From: Rhizophagus irregularis
Lineage: Eukaryota
Direction: 5' to 3'
Length of the DNA: 64,000 nt
Assembly (NCBI RefSeq): GCF_026210795.1
Contig: NC_089434.1
Coordinates: 3,038,001 to 3,102,000, forward strand
Of the stretch, positions 1 through 13,685 are shown one piece after another (within the stretch, counting starts at the first letter, position 1; every line of letters starts with the position of its first letter). Made by a program: the position numbers and the translations under genes. The notes under the pieces were generated by a model, which worked only from the letters and a program-made list of their open reading frames with translations, ran no database searches and was not told where the DNA came from.

Positions 1-186
1 GCAATAGAACTAGTATTATAAATAAAACATCCCGTTGGATTAACTTGAGGATCTTGTCTAAGAACCTCACCGTTTGAGTCGCAGCTTTCATTACAAGTTT
101 CTGCCATACTAATGAATTTGATATTATATAACGTCCGAGTATGAATAATAAGAAATATTAAAATAAAAAAAAAGGGAATAAGTCAT
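1..186 (-). CDS. 5' part of a probable secreted protein (signal-peptide-like N-terminus, Cys residues, 'PTGCFIY' resembling a WSC-domain start); runs off the window
   Basis: Manual translation gives MTYSLF(F)ILIFLIIHTRTLYNIKFISMAETCNESCDSNGEVLRQDPQVNPTGCFIYNTSSI. The ATG at 186 is one base out of frame across an A9 run; an in-frame ATG lies at 107. Confidence 0.4.
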
Positions 187-2064
187 TAATTTTGGACTGA
201 ATTTTATTTTGACATTAACATTAAGAAAGAAAGAAATAAATAAATAAATCCTGAAAGAATTTTTTTCAGTTCCTTAAATACAATAGTTTTAACAAAGATA
301 AAAATAAAACGCATTTAATTCCGTTATTCCGCATTTTTTTCCATAAATGTAGCAAATTACTATCACGAAAGATACCACAATAGATTATATCTGCAGAGTA
401 CACGTACTGTACATTTTTTACAATGAGCACCGATGCGACATTTCGTAAAATCCGTTTGTACTCAAAGTTTATTAACTCATTATAAATGTATTACAAATGT
501 TGATTTCATCGTATCATTGTAATGGAATGAACCAACGTGGACATGAGTTCTATATTAATTTTTTTTTTTTTGTAACAGTAAATATTAATAACGACAACAA
601 AACTTAAGATGGTATAATATTGTTTTATTCATATGTTTTACTTAAATATTGTTTTTTCAGTCAATGTCGGTGAAGACCAAATTAGAACATTCCATGTTCA
701 GCCAAATAAAATAGTGTTAAGTGTTTCAAAAAAAACCGGAATTTGATGTGATGATCATTCCAATCACGTGAAATTTTTTTAACTATACGACTATACGTAA
801 CTTAATTTAGGCTACAAAAATATTTTTTAATTCGTTTTTCTTTACTAAGAATCAAGAATTTTTAAGTGAATTCTATTTAATAAATTTTTATACTAAATTT
901 CTAAACCAGTAATAAGCATTTGTAGTTGAATTTTTTTCAGGAAGTAAAAAAAAACAACTATGACTCTTAAAAGATATCAAAATATAACTTTAAAATTCAG
1001 AATTATTTTGCATTTTAGATAATTCAAATTAGATGATAAATTGAAATTATACCAATTTGAAGAATAATTTTTGATATTTACTTTTTTTATTAAATTCAAT
1101 CCACCAATAATAATTCACAAATTTGCTTAAAGGCTAAATTTTTCAAATAATAGTAAAATGTTTATGAGACTGTAACCTTTAATGTTCAAGATTATTATGT
1201 ACTATAGATGAACCAAATTGGGGTGAACTATAAATTTAAATAATTTTCGTAACACACTGTAACATTCAAGTCATTCAATGAGCTCTTAATAAAATAACAT
1301 GTGCTTGCACATATAGTTTATTCACATATATATTTATGCTTAAAATAGTTTATATATAAAGTTCTTATAATATCATTTGTAATAAAAATTCTTTTTTAAA
1401 ATTGAATGAAAGTTTCTAAGTATAACGGCTCAAAAAGTCAATTTTAAATGTTACGTTTTATGCATTTAACATTCCATAAAAGGGTTAACTACCTTTCAAT
1501 ACAGATCGGCAAAGAAAGAGTACTGCGTCATTAGATAATACCCACAAATATTTACAATAAGAATCATTAGATCCCAAATATGTATCAACATGATACAAAA
1601 GTTTAATTACCTAATTTTGCGAAAATTCTGACCAAAGGATTGCACGACATGAATAGATAATCGTACATTAATTATTTCTAAAATAGGCAGCTTGCAAACG
1701 CCATTTTTCCGTATTTAATTTTATTTTATTCTGAAAGGTGATACTTACATCAAATTTGGAGGAAAAAAAAAGCAAAACAACATTATATATATATATTTTT
1801 TTTGTAAGTAAATAAGCGAACATTTAAATCATATGTTTTAATGAAGAAATTTTTACAAATTGTTGTTACATTAGGAAAAAAAATCATTTTCTTCGATATC
1901 CTTTTTAAAACAAACCCAATAAAAAAAGTATATTATTGAATTTATTAGGTATAATTATAATTGTTGAAAAATATGATTAAAATATTCTCTCTTATAAGAT
2001 TATATAAAGTGTTGATGTCAGAACCTCGATATAAAGAACCATGTTAAAAACCATGGAATCATCT

Positions 2065-2446
2065 ATGAAGTCTTTCTATTTCATAGTTTCTAAGACTATC
2101 TTCAGCTTTACTTATTTCACCGTCATCATTTTTTCTTTCAATAAAGACTACATTCCATAATATTTAGTATAGAAACATTTAAGGTGGTCTTATATATAGA
2201 ATAATAGAATATGCATTTTTTCCTCCACATGGATAAGAAACCATACCTCCTGTAGTAGTATAATTATATTTGATATTGCATATTTTATCGCTTTCGAACC
2301 TTTTCAACCTGAATATAAGATAAGAGTGCATCCATATCCCCACAACGACATTTTACTCCATCTTCTATACCAGCATAGTTAAAGAAGGAGTGATTTTTGG
2401 GTCAATTTACACATACTTCTTCACAAAGTCCAGCTTCATTCGACAT
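2065..2446 (-). pseudogene. WSC (carbohydrate-binding) domain gene remnant
   Basis: Manual translation: MSNEAGLCEEVCVN*PKNHSFFNYAGIEDGVKCRCGD, then a frameshift, then ICNIKY...SYPCGGKNAYSI. WSC-type C-x3-C, YAG-x-E-x-G-x2-C-x-CG and CGG motifs are present, with stops. Confidence 0.6.
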
Positions 2447-2811
2447 ATTGTAGTATAAATAAAAAAATTGTATTAATATTTATGATAGATGAGATTTTTG
2501 ATGGGTTACTCTTATTTATAAGTATCAATAATGTTATAACTTTCTTATCGTGTCACAATTGGTACAACTTGATAATAAATCAGTAAACTCAATTCAATCG
2601 AACTTTAGTTACATACGATAAAAAATGAATTAGTATGTTTGTATATTGCGCCTTTATATATACAAACAAAATTTAATATACTTATTATCGTAGTATACAC
2701 TCTTTTAATTAAAAGATTCCATGAAATCTAAATTTTTTATTTTAATATTTATCTGTTATAATATGTAATATTGTTTAGAATAACTTGATTGATGGCATGA
2801 GTATGTATATA

Positions 2812-2912
2812 ATTACATTCGTTATTTATTTAATACATAGAATTGTTACTTGGGGGTTGAGTAATTATATTCGTTATGTTATTAATACATAGAATTGTTA
2901 CTTGAGGGGTTA
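2812..2912. repeat. Two-copy tandem repeat, ~52 bp unit
   Basis: taatta(c/t)attcgttat..ttaatacatagaattgttacttg(a)ggggtt occurs twice. Confidence 0.75.
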
Positions 2913-5648
2913 GGGTAGTAAGAGTAGTTTGGTATTGGGCTTATCTGACGCTGGATATACCTGGCAGTCCCACGAGTTATGTCTCTACTAAAAACTGCAG
3001 TCCTAAAAAAGAATTGTTTTAATTAGAAAATGGATTAAAAATTATAAACACACTGTGATCATATCACATTTACTTTTTTTGTTACCTTTTTAACATATTA
3101 CAGAGATGAAAACATAATTTTAATGTATGATCTTATAGGATATATCCATGTCACAAGAGATTCTTTTAAAATGACAAAAAAGTGAAGGTTTCACTACCAA
3201 ATTTTAGAAATTAGGGCATGTTAAATCTAAGTCTTTTAGGAAGTTTTTTTACCAAATTAAAAAGTTCATAAGATTTATGTGGAAAATGCATCTTAATCTT
3301 TATTAAATATTTAACTAAAACTTTTTTTTTAAAAAAAAAATTTTTTAAATTAAAAATATTTATTAATATTTTTTTTTAATTCTTTAGATTGATTTTTGAA
3401 AATTAAAAATAAAATTTTAAACTAATTTAAAACTGCTAATAAATATTATAAGAATATTAGTAGAATTCCAAATATCTAACAAAATTTTTGAAAATATGAT
3501 ACCAGAAGACTATACTTAACAACTTGTTTCGATTTTTTTGAGTTGATTTATATCATGTGATCTGGAATTCAGCCAATAAAAAACTGGAATTTCTTATGTA
3601 AAGTACTAGCTTTTGATAATTTTTTATTATAAATAAAATAAAATATAAGAAAATTAACTAACATTTATAAAAGTCATAAATGATAAAATCAAATTATATA
3701 ACAATTTGGGCTGGTATTATTACAATGCATGAAGTTAGCCTAAATTATCATAAGTTCTGGCCCAACATATTTATTTTAAATTTGGGCCAATTATATGAAA
3801 ATCATACAATTTTAATTGTTTATAACTTTTTACATAAATCTTCTTTTAAAAATTTGATCTCAAAGAATAAAGTTACAAGTTTATTTTTTTTAATTTGTAT
3901 TTTTTTAAAGGAGTTAAAAGAGATTTTTTAAATATTATATTTTATTGTCATCTAGCATCATACCTCCATAATACATAATTTTGGTTAGAATTAACATATA
4001 AACTTAATATGATATTTGGAATCTTATTAATTCTTTAAAGTATATATAATTTTAATAAATTTATTATATATCTTTAAAAAAGTTTCATTTTATATTTTAG
4101 AAATCTATTTTAAAGTTATTTTTTACCTTTAATTTTAATATCTAGTAATATTTTAAGCCTTTGATTTATATATATATATATTTTTATAATATAAGACAAA
4201 TGCTCTTAATCTAAAAATATAAACTATTAATAAATTACTTATCATTATTATTTTAAGACCTCTTATATACACAGTTGGCTAGTTATTAAAACTATACAGA
4301 TATGTTTTACTTATAGCGATTTATTCTTAATATTAACATCCTATAATCTGAATTATATAAATTAAATTAAAACCACTCTATTATATTAATATTAATATAA
4401 ACAAAAACTAAACCTTCTTATAATCTTTATAGGATTTTTCAGTTTTTTCCACTTTTAATAAAATAGCAAATTGGCCTTATTAATAAGTCTAATTTTATTA
4501 CCATTACTATTTATCTGATTCTATATAGATATATTAAATTTCACTTTAAGTAAATTATTAATATTAAATTTAACAAGTTTTTTGGTAATTAAGTAAATTA
4601 CATTATTAGATTAGTAAATTTTAAAATAAAATCCATCAATTACATTATTTTTTCTTATTAAACCAATTTACAAATCCTAATAAAAACTAATAATATTAAA
4701 CCTTCAAATTCAGTTAGTTTATATTTTAATATTTTCAGTTTTTTTAAAAGATAAAATCTAGAAATACTGAAAAAAAAAGAAAATATATAAATACCAAACT
4801 TCTATTACCGTTTAAATATTAACTAATAATATAAGAAAAATCCACTTTTCAAGTAATTACTATATAGCATTATATATAATATTTTCTTATAATATTCTTT
4901 TAAATAATACTAGAATATTATTTAAATTTATATTTAGGTAGTAATATAACAAAATAGTGTTTCACAAAATTTTAATATTCTGTTCAAGTCCATTTTATTT
5001 GTTTCATCCTATCCTGTTTAAAATATTATCCAATTTATTAATATTATATATAAATTATATATCCTCTTATAATGAATTTTTATCACATTTTGTTTAAATT
5101 CTGAACTGTTCTATTCTGTAGAATCCTAAATAATATTAATACAATTTACAAATAAACTTTAAATATTGAAGTAAAAATACATTTTATAGCATAATTCTAT
5201 TAATATTAAAGCTAGAAATATGATTAAAATCCTTTTATCAAGATGAAAATCTAATGATATAAATTTTTTTAAAATTGAATTACTGGTTATGTTAAATACA
5301 AAAGTATGTAGAATAAATAAATTTTGAAAATACTTTTATAATACACAATTTTTAAAAAATTTAAATATAAACTCTAAGTAAACTTAAATGTAAGTTGTTA
5401 TCAATATTATTCATTAGAGTTCTCATCCTATTTCATTTAAGAACATGTTTCAATTTATTTTGATTTATATTATTAGTTATATATTTTATTTGATTTATTT
5501 AATTGTAAATCATTATGGTAATTTGAATTTATCAAATTTTATATTTGAAGTTTTTATTTTATATTAAATGAATTACGGCATCCAAATTATAATTATAGTA
5601 TTCCAAAATAATTTGGGCAGCATGTATAGCCAATTCGCTACTTACTGA

Positions 5649-6099
5649 CACAGGTTGAAAAGTGAAAAATCAGGCATCAATCAGTCACCAATCGGTCACC
5701 AATCAGGTAGCTGATTGGTAACTGATTGGTGACTAATTGGCATTTTACCAATCAGGCAGTTTGCTAACTTTTAATCCAGTGATCAGAAAAAAATGAAATA
5801 TAGCTCATTGGAATCGTCTCAACAAGACGAATCTAATGGTAGTAAAATCACATTTTTAGGATTAATAGTTAATAAAATATTAAATAAAATATAAATAATA
5901 TATCTTTATTTTTATATTTTACTTAATTTCTCATCAAGTATTAATCCTAAGAATGCGATTTTACTACCATTAGATTCGTCTTGTTGAGACAATTCCAATG
6001 AGCTATATTTTATCCTTTTCTGATCACTGAATCAAAAGTTAGCAAACTGCCTGATTGGTGACGATTGACTTTTCCCGATTTTTCACTTTTTGACTTGTG
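5649..6099. mobile_element. Fold-back MITE with CACA...TGTG termini and 3-bp TSD (CMC/CACTA-like)
   Basis: TIR cacaggttgaaaagtgaaaaatc / gatttttcactttttgacttgtg. TSD TGA at 5646-5648 and 6100-6102. Long internal inverted repeat 5745-5870 vs 5940-6060. Confidence 0.85.
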
Positions 6100-7094
6100 T
6101 GATACAAATAATTGGCAAAACTGAAATGCTACTTTTTTAAATAGTAAAAGTTCATCAGTTTTTAATCAAATTATTCAAAATTTTTACTGAAAATCTTTGA
6201 AATTAAAACTTTTTTATCCAAATTATTTAATGTAATTTTATAAGCAAAAAATTTACAAGTAATTTCTAAATATTACCAATTAACCAAATTTTTAGTAAAA
6301 TCCTGTTAAAATTTTTTGTTTAATAAAAATGTTATTTAGAAGTTTTAAAATTAACTGATATATATTTTCAAATATATATTATTAGATTTTCAAAAAAACT
6401 AATTTAAGAAATATGAAATATTAAGCAAATTAGGATGAATAGATTAAAAATTTCTCAAATTTTAAAAAAATTTCAATTTTTTTTATTTTTAATACTAAAT
6501 AACTTGATGTGATTAAATTTTTAAAACTTGTATAATTAATACAATACTACTTAAATGAGTATTCTAATATACTATATATACAAAATGTTTTATTTTCAGA
6601 TTATTAAGATAGTATTTTGCTAAGTATAAACATATTATTAAGTAATTGAACAGATTAGCAATTAAATATTAAATCATTAATTATTTAATTTTATTATTAC
6701 ATAATTAGTATTCCTCTTCTAATATACATTCTTTTTATAGTACCTCTCTTTTTCTATAATACTTTTAAAACTTTAAATATTATTTAATCTAAGTAAACTT
6801 TCTTAAATAGTATCAAAAAAAACTATATGCAGCACTATACAGTATTATTTTCTTTATAATACTTCTAAAAATAAAGAAATTAATAGAAAAACTTTACATA
6901 AATGCAGTATTTAAGGTTTAATTACTACCTAATATATAACTGTTACAATCTTTAAAATAAAATTGATGAAAATTTAAATTAAAAAATTATATATATGTTA
7001 ATAGAATTTCCTTTTTTGAAATATGGTATAATAAAAAACTAAAAATCATTATTTCTAAAAGAGTACAAAAAATTAAAGAATTTGTTTGTCTAGC

Positions 7095-8035
7095 ATCCGA
7101 TTCAGTTTTATTTTTTGGTTATTTTCTGATTGATCAGAATCTGTTTTGCACAATAACTCGCCATCCAGTAATTGTAGAAAGCCGATTAATAACTCGTTGG
7201 AATCGCCTCATCAAGACGGTTCGAATGGTACTAAAATTATCTTTCTAGCATCAATAGATGGCGAGTTAATTTTGCTAATTTTTCAAAAAATAACTTGCTA
7301 TCTATCAATTCTAAAAATATGATTTTAGTACCATTTGAACTATCTTGACTATACATGAAACTGAAATTGGTTAATTTTGACCTTCAAAATGGTCGAAATG
7401 GTCGAAATGATTTTGACTTGGGCCCCTCCAAAAGTCAAAATGGTTGAAATTAATAGTCATATGATTTTATAGTAAACAATAATATTAAAATTCAAAGTTA
7501 ACAAACTCCGCATCCAGTGATTTAATATTTATGATCTTTACACGGTTGGATTCAGCTCATTGAGAGGATTCCAATGATATGTATTTCATATTTGTAGCAT
7601 CAATATCGACGGAGTTATTTACGTTTAAAATTTGGTATTAAATAGTCTTATAATTTTTATAGTTAACAATAATATTAAAATTCAAAGTTAACGAACTCTG
7701 CATCTAGTGATTCAATTTTTATGATCTTTACATGGTTGGATTCAGCACATCGAGAGGATTCCAATGATATATATTTCGTATCAGTAGCATCAATATTGAC
7801 GGAGTTATTCATGTTTAAAATTTTATATTAAATTATAATTATAAAAATCATATGACTATGATGTAATTTTGACTATTTTGACTTGGGCTTTAATTTCGAC
7901 TTCATATATAGTCTTGACAAAATGATTTTAATGAGCTATTGATCGGCTTTTTATGATCACTGGATAGTGAATTATTGCATAAAATAAATTCTGATTAATC
8001 AGAAAAGAACTGAAAAATGGAACTGAACTGAACCA
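7095..8035. mobile_element. Fold-back non-autonomous element interrupted by the 7349-7911 MITE
   Basis: Inverted arms ttttctgattgatcagaatctgttttgcacaataa / ttattgcataaaataaattctgattaatcagaaaa. Ends are approximate. Confidence 0.7.
7349..7911. mobile_element. MITE with CTATA...TATAG termini and 6-bp TSD, carrying a ~190-bp internal tandem duplication
   Basis: TIR ctatacatgaaactgaaatt / aatttcgacttcatatatag. TSD TCTTGA at 7343-7348 and 7912-7917. Sister copy at 40814-41235. Confidence 0.9.
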
Positions 8036-8995
8036 TTCAGAGTTTTATCCAAAAGTTTTAATATTTAGACCAATTCCTATAAAATATTAACCAAATATCT
8101 GGATTGGTATACCAAATTAACTGGTTTACCAAATATTTTGACAGATAAAATTCATTCCAATTTACTGTATGCAAAAACTATAAAAAAAAAACTGGACATG
8201 AACTATAGTAATTATTATTAAAAGCCTGCATTCTTATAAATTTGAAGCTAGAAAATGAAGTATTCTATTTATTTTTTTTTAAATAATGTAAAGAAAAAGA
8301 GTTTATTAAATTTAGAATTAATTATTAAATCTGTATTAGAGTATTTTATATACCTAAAATTCTGAAATAGTTTTAAAACAATTGATAATTATAATTTTGC
8401 ATTACTTTAACCATAAAGTTTATTATATTCTTAATAATAGAAAATATGGAAATTATGAATTATATAGTTTATAGTACTGTAAAAATTAAAAATAGGAATC
8501 AACTTTTATAAGATCCAAAATTATTACTTCAAAATAAGTTAAAATATTGTCTTACTTGCAACACTTCAAGCAATAAACTAATTGTAGTATAAAAGCTTTA
8601 TCATGTACTTTTACATTTGCATTTATTTTATTAATTAATAAAGTATTATAAATATTTTTTTTGCTTATCATTTAATATATAAAAATTATAAAATCCCAAT
8701 CTCAAAATTTGTATGAATTATATAAAGCTATAGTATGTTGTGTAACTAATCACAAATCAACCTGTGCAATAATAGATTTCTTATATATACTTGATTATAA
8801 TAGTGATGCCTGCTTAAACTCTTTTTGCAAAAAATTTTGGTTTCGTCACCAATTAGTTTCAGGTTTGTCATTGACTAAACTATATAATAATAATTTTTAA
8901 TTTTAATTTTAATTATATAAAATTATAGTTTTATTATAAAAATATATAAAATTAATTGTATTTATAATAGTTTTATAAATTCTTTTTAAAAAATA

Positions 8996-9293
8996 TAGGA
9001 CCCCGGATATCTAATATAAAGGTCATAATGGACTTTTGGCCAAAAACACCCCTTTTTGCTGAAACTCAAAAAATCGTTTTTTGTAAATATCTCAGCATCC
9101 AGTAATTCAATTTTAATGAACTTTTTTTTATTTTGTAGCCCTCATTTAGCTCTACAATTTAAAAAAAGTTCATCAAAATTGGACCACTGGATGCCGAGAT
9201 ATTTACAAAAAACGATTTTTTAAGCCCCTGAAAAATGGGCCAATCTGCCGAAAGTGTGACTTATGACCTGTTTTGGAGATATCCGGGGTCCTA
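8996..9293. mobile_element. MITE with TAGGAC...GTCCTA termini and 6-bp TSD
   Basis: Perfect TIR taggaccccggatatct. TSD AAAATA. Internal palindrome 9085-9203. Sister copy at 43735-48023. Confidence 0.9.
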
Positions 9294-9564
9294 AAAATAT
9301 TATATTTTAATAAAAATTTATTTTTTTAAATAATTATTATAATTAAAAATCCATGGAAATTTATGAAAATCTATAAAAATACCATGGAATATTGAATTTC
9401 GGCATTTCGTCTTTTAATTTTAAATGTCTAAACTATTTCAGTTTCATCAAATGACTAAATATTTCAGTTTTGCCTAGCATCTCTACTTGATAATCTTGAT
9501 ATACCCAAAAAAAAAATTTGCCCATTTATACTACTTTTTCATTACCTTTTTAATCACAATAATT

Positions 9565-11310
9565 ATGTCATTTAATATTGCAAGTTTCTCTAATAAAAAA
9601 CTTAATGGCTATTTAAAAATGAGATCAAATAATATTGATAAGTACATAGATATATTAACAGCTCAAAAAGTTGATGGTTCAGTTTTTTTTGCACTAAAAT
9701 ATAAAATGCTTATAAGCTACCCTTTGAATTTTCCAGTTGGACCAGCTTTAAAATTAATAGAACTGATCAAAGAAATTTAGGAGGGTAAGTAAAATTTATT
9801 CTTATTTATATTGTATCATTTATATTTGCCAACAATACCAAATATTTACTTATTCTTATACTTTTTTTTCTACTTTTTATTGTCAAATCTGCTTAAAAAA
9901 TACATTTATATTATCATAGAGCAACAGATTAAGAAATTAATGCAAAAAAATAATTCTTTAAAAAAAAAACTAGCTCAATTAAAAAAAATTGCCATTACTG
10001 GTAAGTGAATCATAATAAATATTCAATATAGTAAATATGTGATATTATTTTAAATATTTACTTCAATTATATCTTATATATTAGAGTTTAGAGAGAATGA
10101 AATAGCTTTGAAAAATTTTTGGTAGGCCTTAAAAGATGAAAGTTATATTTATAATGATAAGTTTCTTTTTGTATTTAATAATGGGCATTTTTATAATTTT
10201 TTTGGATTAGATAATAAACCTTATAGTTTCTATATTTGTGATTATTACGATTATTTGCTTGATATTGCTTTAAATCATGATGTAAGAAATTTGCATATTA
10301 CAGGAAATCCTGGTATTAGAAAACCCTTTTTTGGTTATTATTTACTTTATATTCTTATACAAAATAATAAGACGGTTATATATGAGGATTATAATATGAA
10401 AAACTGTGTTATTTTATTTAGTCAAAAAAAAGTTTCTTATCTTAATTCAATACTTAACAATAAAGAAATTCAAAGTTATTTATATAAGCGAAGAAATTTG
10501 GTATATTGTAGATGGAAAAATATTAAACCATTCTACAGTCAAAACAACTAGATAATACTAATTTGCTCACTATGTAAAAGTCATTATACTGCATTTGATA
10601 AATGTAATCCAACTATATAGTTTATACATGTTTAGTCTTGAAAGAAAATTGATGAATATAAAACTAAATTTTTCGATCATCTTTCTAAAAAGAGAGTTTT
10701 GGAATTGTACAAAAAGTGGGGAGGGATTCCTTATTACATTTTAGAGAGTGCTAACAATTCAGATATTTTAAATGAGCTTGAAAAAGCAATTGAATTATAC
10801 AATGTAAATATTACTTAAATATATTGAAGGAAGTGATAGTATAAATATTATTAATTACAAAATAGTCCATATTTATACAAATTTTTCAATTAAGGATTAT
10901 GCAAGAAATCATAATAGATTTAATGAAAAAAATTGAATATATTGATAAAAGGTACTAAAGATATTTACTAAAACTATTTTTTCAAAATTTTAGTTTAATT
11001 AAAATTCAATTTGAAACTAATTTTTATAATAAAATTAATTGCTAAAACTGTTTTTATTCTTTTTTGAAACTAATTAAAATTTTGAAAAGTTTTGAATTTC
11101 ATTAAAAATAAAGTTTTTGAGTTTTAAATTTTAAATTTTATCATTAAATGAGTTTTGAATAGCAATGTTAAGAGTATCCTATATAAAAATAACTATAAAA
11201 TTTGCATCAGACTATGTAGGTAAAATGGTGATTATTAATTTAAAAGTAACAATAATAAATGATTTATATAAAAATATTAATGCAGTTTTGAATGGAGGGA
11301 AAAGTGAAAC
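9565..11310 (+). pseudogene. Crinkler (CRN)-family-like pseudogene: N-terminal SAM-like domain plus P-loop NTPase
   Basis: SAM-like ...QKVDGSVFFAL..L...PLNFPVGPALKLIELIKEI. Degenerate Walker A ITGNPGIRKPFFGYYLLY...KTVIYE and 'LYKKWGGIPYYILE'. Multiple stops and frameshifts. Confidence 0.7.
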
Positions 11311-12342
11311 TGCAAAATTTTTAGTATAAAAAAAAATAGTATTATTTAAATTTTTTTCTGGTTATTTTTAAAGAGATTGAATAATTTTAATTAATATAAC
11401 TTGTTTAATTTGAATTATAATATTATAAAAACATATATTATAATATTAAATACTTAGTAATATATTAGTAAAGTCAATTTTTTATTACTTATATATATTA
11501 TAAAAATTATTTAAAATTTTATTTTAATTAATAAATTTATAAAAAAATGTTTTTACAAATGTTTTTAATTATTTTAACAAAAAAATGTTGCAAAAATATT
11601 CTTTATTAAGTGGTTTAATAAAAAAAAAATATTTTTGCACCATTTTTTATTAATTTTAAATTTACTTTACTATTATTATTTAACTTTTTGTTATAAAATT
11701 TATGTTTTAAGTAGAATTAAAATGTAAAATCCTAACTGAAATTTTGCTTTAATACTAATATAGTAATAATTATTACTACTAATATTACTATCATTGTAAT
11801 TATTAAATATTTAATTATTGAAAGTTGTTTTATTTATTTTATTTTTATAAAAAAAAAAGACTGTAAATAACTTGAAACTAATTACAGTGCTAATAATCTT
11901 ACAACAAAAGACAAAGACTGAGCTAACCTTTTTTTTGCAGACCATGGATGTCGTTCATGTGAAATAACTCAAGAAAATCTTAATGACATGCAATTTGATA
12001 TTCAAGCAAGATATTGTCATATTATGGATCTTTATTTTCAAGAAATAACATTACCTATATTTTAAAGAAAAAATTTATTGTTACAAATTATATTAAGAGT
12101 ATTTATTATTTTAAATTTGGATCAATGAATAATAATTCAAGTCTTAAAAATCCAATTTAAATGCAAAATTTCATAACCATCACACTATCTTTGATTAGGA
12201 TATAGTCAGTTTATTTGTAATAATATCATTTAATTTATTGAATTCAAATTCCAATTTACAGAAAAAAATTTATAAGATCACAAAATATGATCCAAAAAAA
12301 GTTTATCAATTCCAGTTTCATGTTATTGTGAAATCTGAAAAG

Positions 12343-13379
12343 CTAGGTCAAATAGTCTCGAACTTCCGAAGGACTCAACTTTCTAAATAAGGGTCTTTCC
12401 TTTCCTTCTGTAAATCCTGTTGCAGTGCCACCAATGATACCAATCTCAATTGAATTTTCAGTCATTTGTCCTTCAAAACCCTCTTTAAGAGTAAGAATTG
12501 AAGTATGAACAGCATCTTCAAGTTCAATATCATCATTATATCTGTTTGGAGACAAATGACATTAGTGACAATTTAATAATAATTTATGTAATTTTTGTAA
12601 ATTAAATTAATTACCGTTTTTCCAGAAACGTTTTGGCATTAATCATATTCTTCCCAATTGCAGATGCCTTCCATGCCCAATATGATCCTGAAGGATCAAC
12701 TTGATATAATGCTGGACCAGTTTCATCATAACCAGCAATTAAAAGGGAAACACCAAATGGACGAACACCTCTAAAATGTATTATACAACCAATTAATTAA
12801 AAAAAATTCAAATCTAATTCCATTTAATATTTTATTAACTTACCCACTCTGAGTGAATTCTTGCATAACACTGGCAACTTCTTTTACTAAAATTCCTGTT
12901 GGAGGATATTCATTATATATTCTTTTATATTTTTGTGCTGCCTTTCTTGCTTTAGATAATAAGATCCTAAAATCAGGGCCCATTCCAGAATAAACCATTC
13001 CAATATTTGGGCAAACACTTGCAACTTTTTCAAGAGAAGAATCATCGATAAGTGGTGACGCACTTTTCTTCTCGGTTGCGATAACAATACCGTTGGTTGC
13101 TAGTGATATAACTTTAATAAGATAAAACGAACATTTTTAAAAAATTAAAAATTGTCCTTTACCTTTGATGCCGATGCTCGTTACACCTTGAGCAACAGCA
13201 TTTAATGCATATTCAATTTGAACAAGTTTTCCCGACGGTGAAAAAGTCGTTAAAGAGAAACTAACCAGAAAAAAGAAAATTTTATTCTTTAGTTACTAAC
13301 GATAGTATTTCGAGTATTTATAAATAAAATAAACAAAGTATAAGTATTAAAGAATATGTCACCTATAACGGTCAGTCAT
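12343..13379 (-). CDS. PRE8: 20S proteasome subunit alpha type-2 (multi-exon)
   Basis: [41 protein letters not shown] and [25 protein letters not shown] introns. Confidence 0.95.
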
Positions 13380-13685
13380 TGTAAATGAACCGAAATGCAA
13401 AAAAAAATAAATCGCGCTCGTAAGCAGTATGATTACTATGATGCAATCAAAATCAAGGGTGTTTACATTAACCCCTACAATATAATGTCGATTGATTGAG
13501 TATTGCCAGTATTGCCCCGGAATAATTACTATATAAATCAATTTTGATCCGATATAGATTTAGAAATTTAGAAAATATTCTTTTGCTTCGTGGCTACTTC
13601 TTTTTATCGAAGTTTTTGCTGTATTAGTGCAGCCTTTAGAGTTTGTTCTCTAAATAGTTTTGTTTCATTATTAAAATCAAGAACA

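Larger units (their letters stand above)
6103..9485. mobile_element. Possible decayed hAT-like element hosting later MITE insertions
   Basis: Degenerate TIRs tacaaataattggcaaaactgaaat / atttcagttttgcctagcatctcta. The putative TSD matches only partly. Confidence 0.3.

Noticed and set aside
2905..2916. Telomere-like GGGGTTAGGG
   Set aside because: It is a single unit at the end of a local tandem duplication, not an array.
3680..3931. 83-aa ORF, and similar short ORFs at 20201, 22895, 36345 and 42151
   Set aside because: They are low-complexity AT-rich or MITE-derived frames with no recognisable protein motifs.
3950..5640. Possible decayed retroelement or transposase coding remnants
   Set aside because: Too degenerate to assign by eye; no reliable termini or motifs found.
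7380..7860. CRISPR-like appearance of the repeated palindromes
   Set aside because: There is no regular repeat-spacer array and no cas genes. The repeats are internal units of MITEs in a eukaryotic genome.
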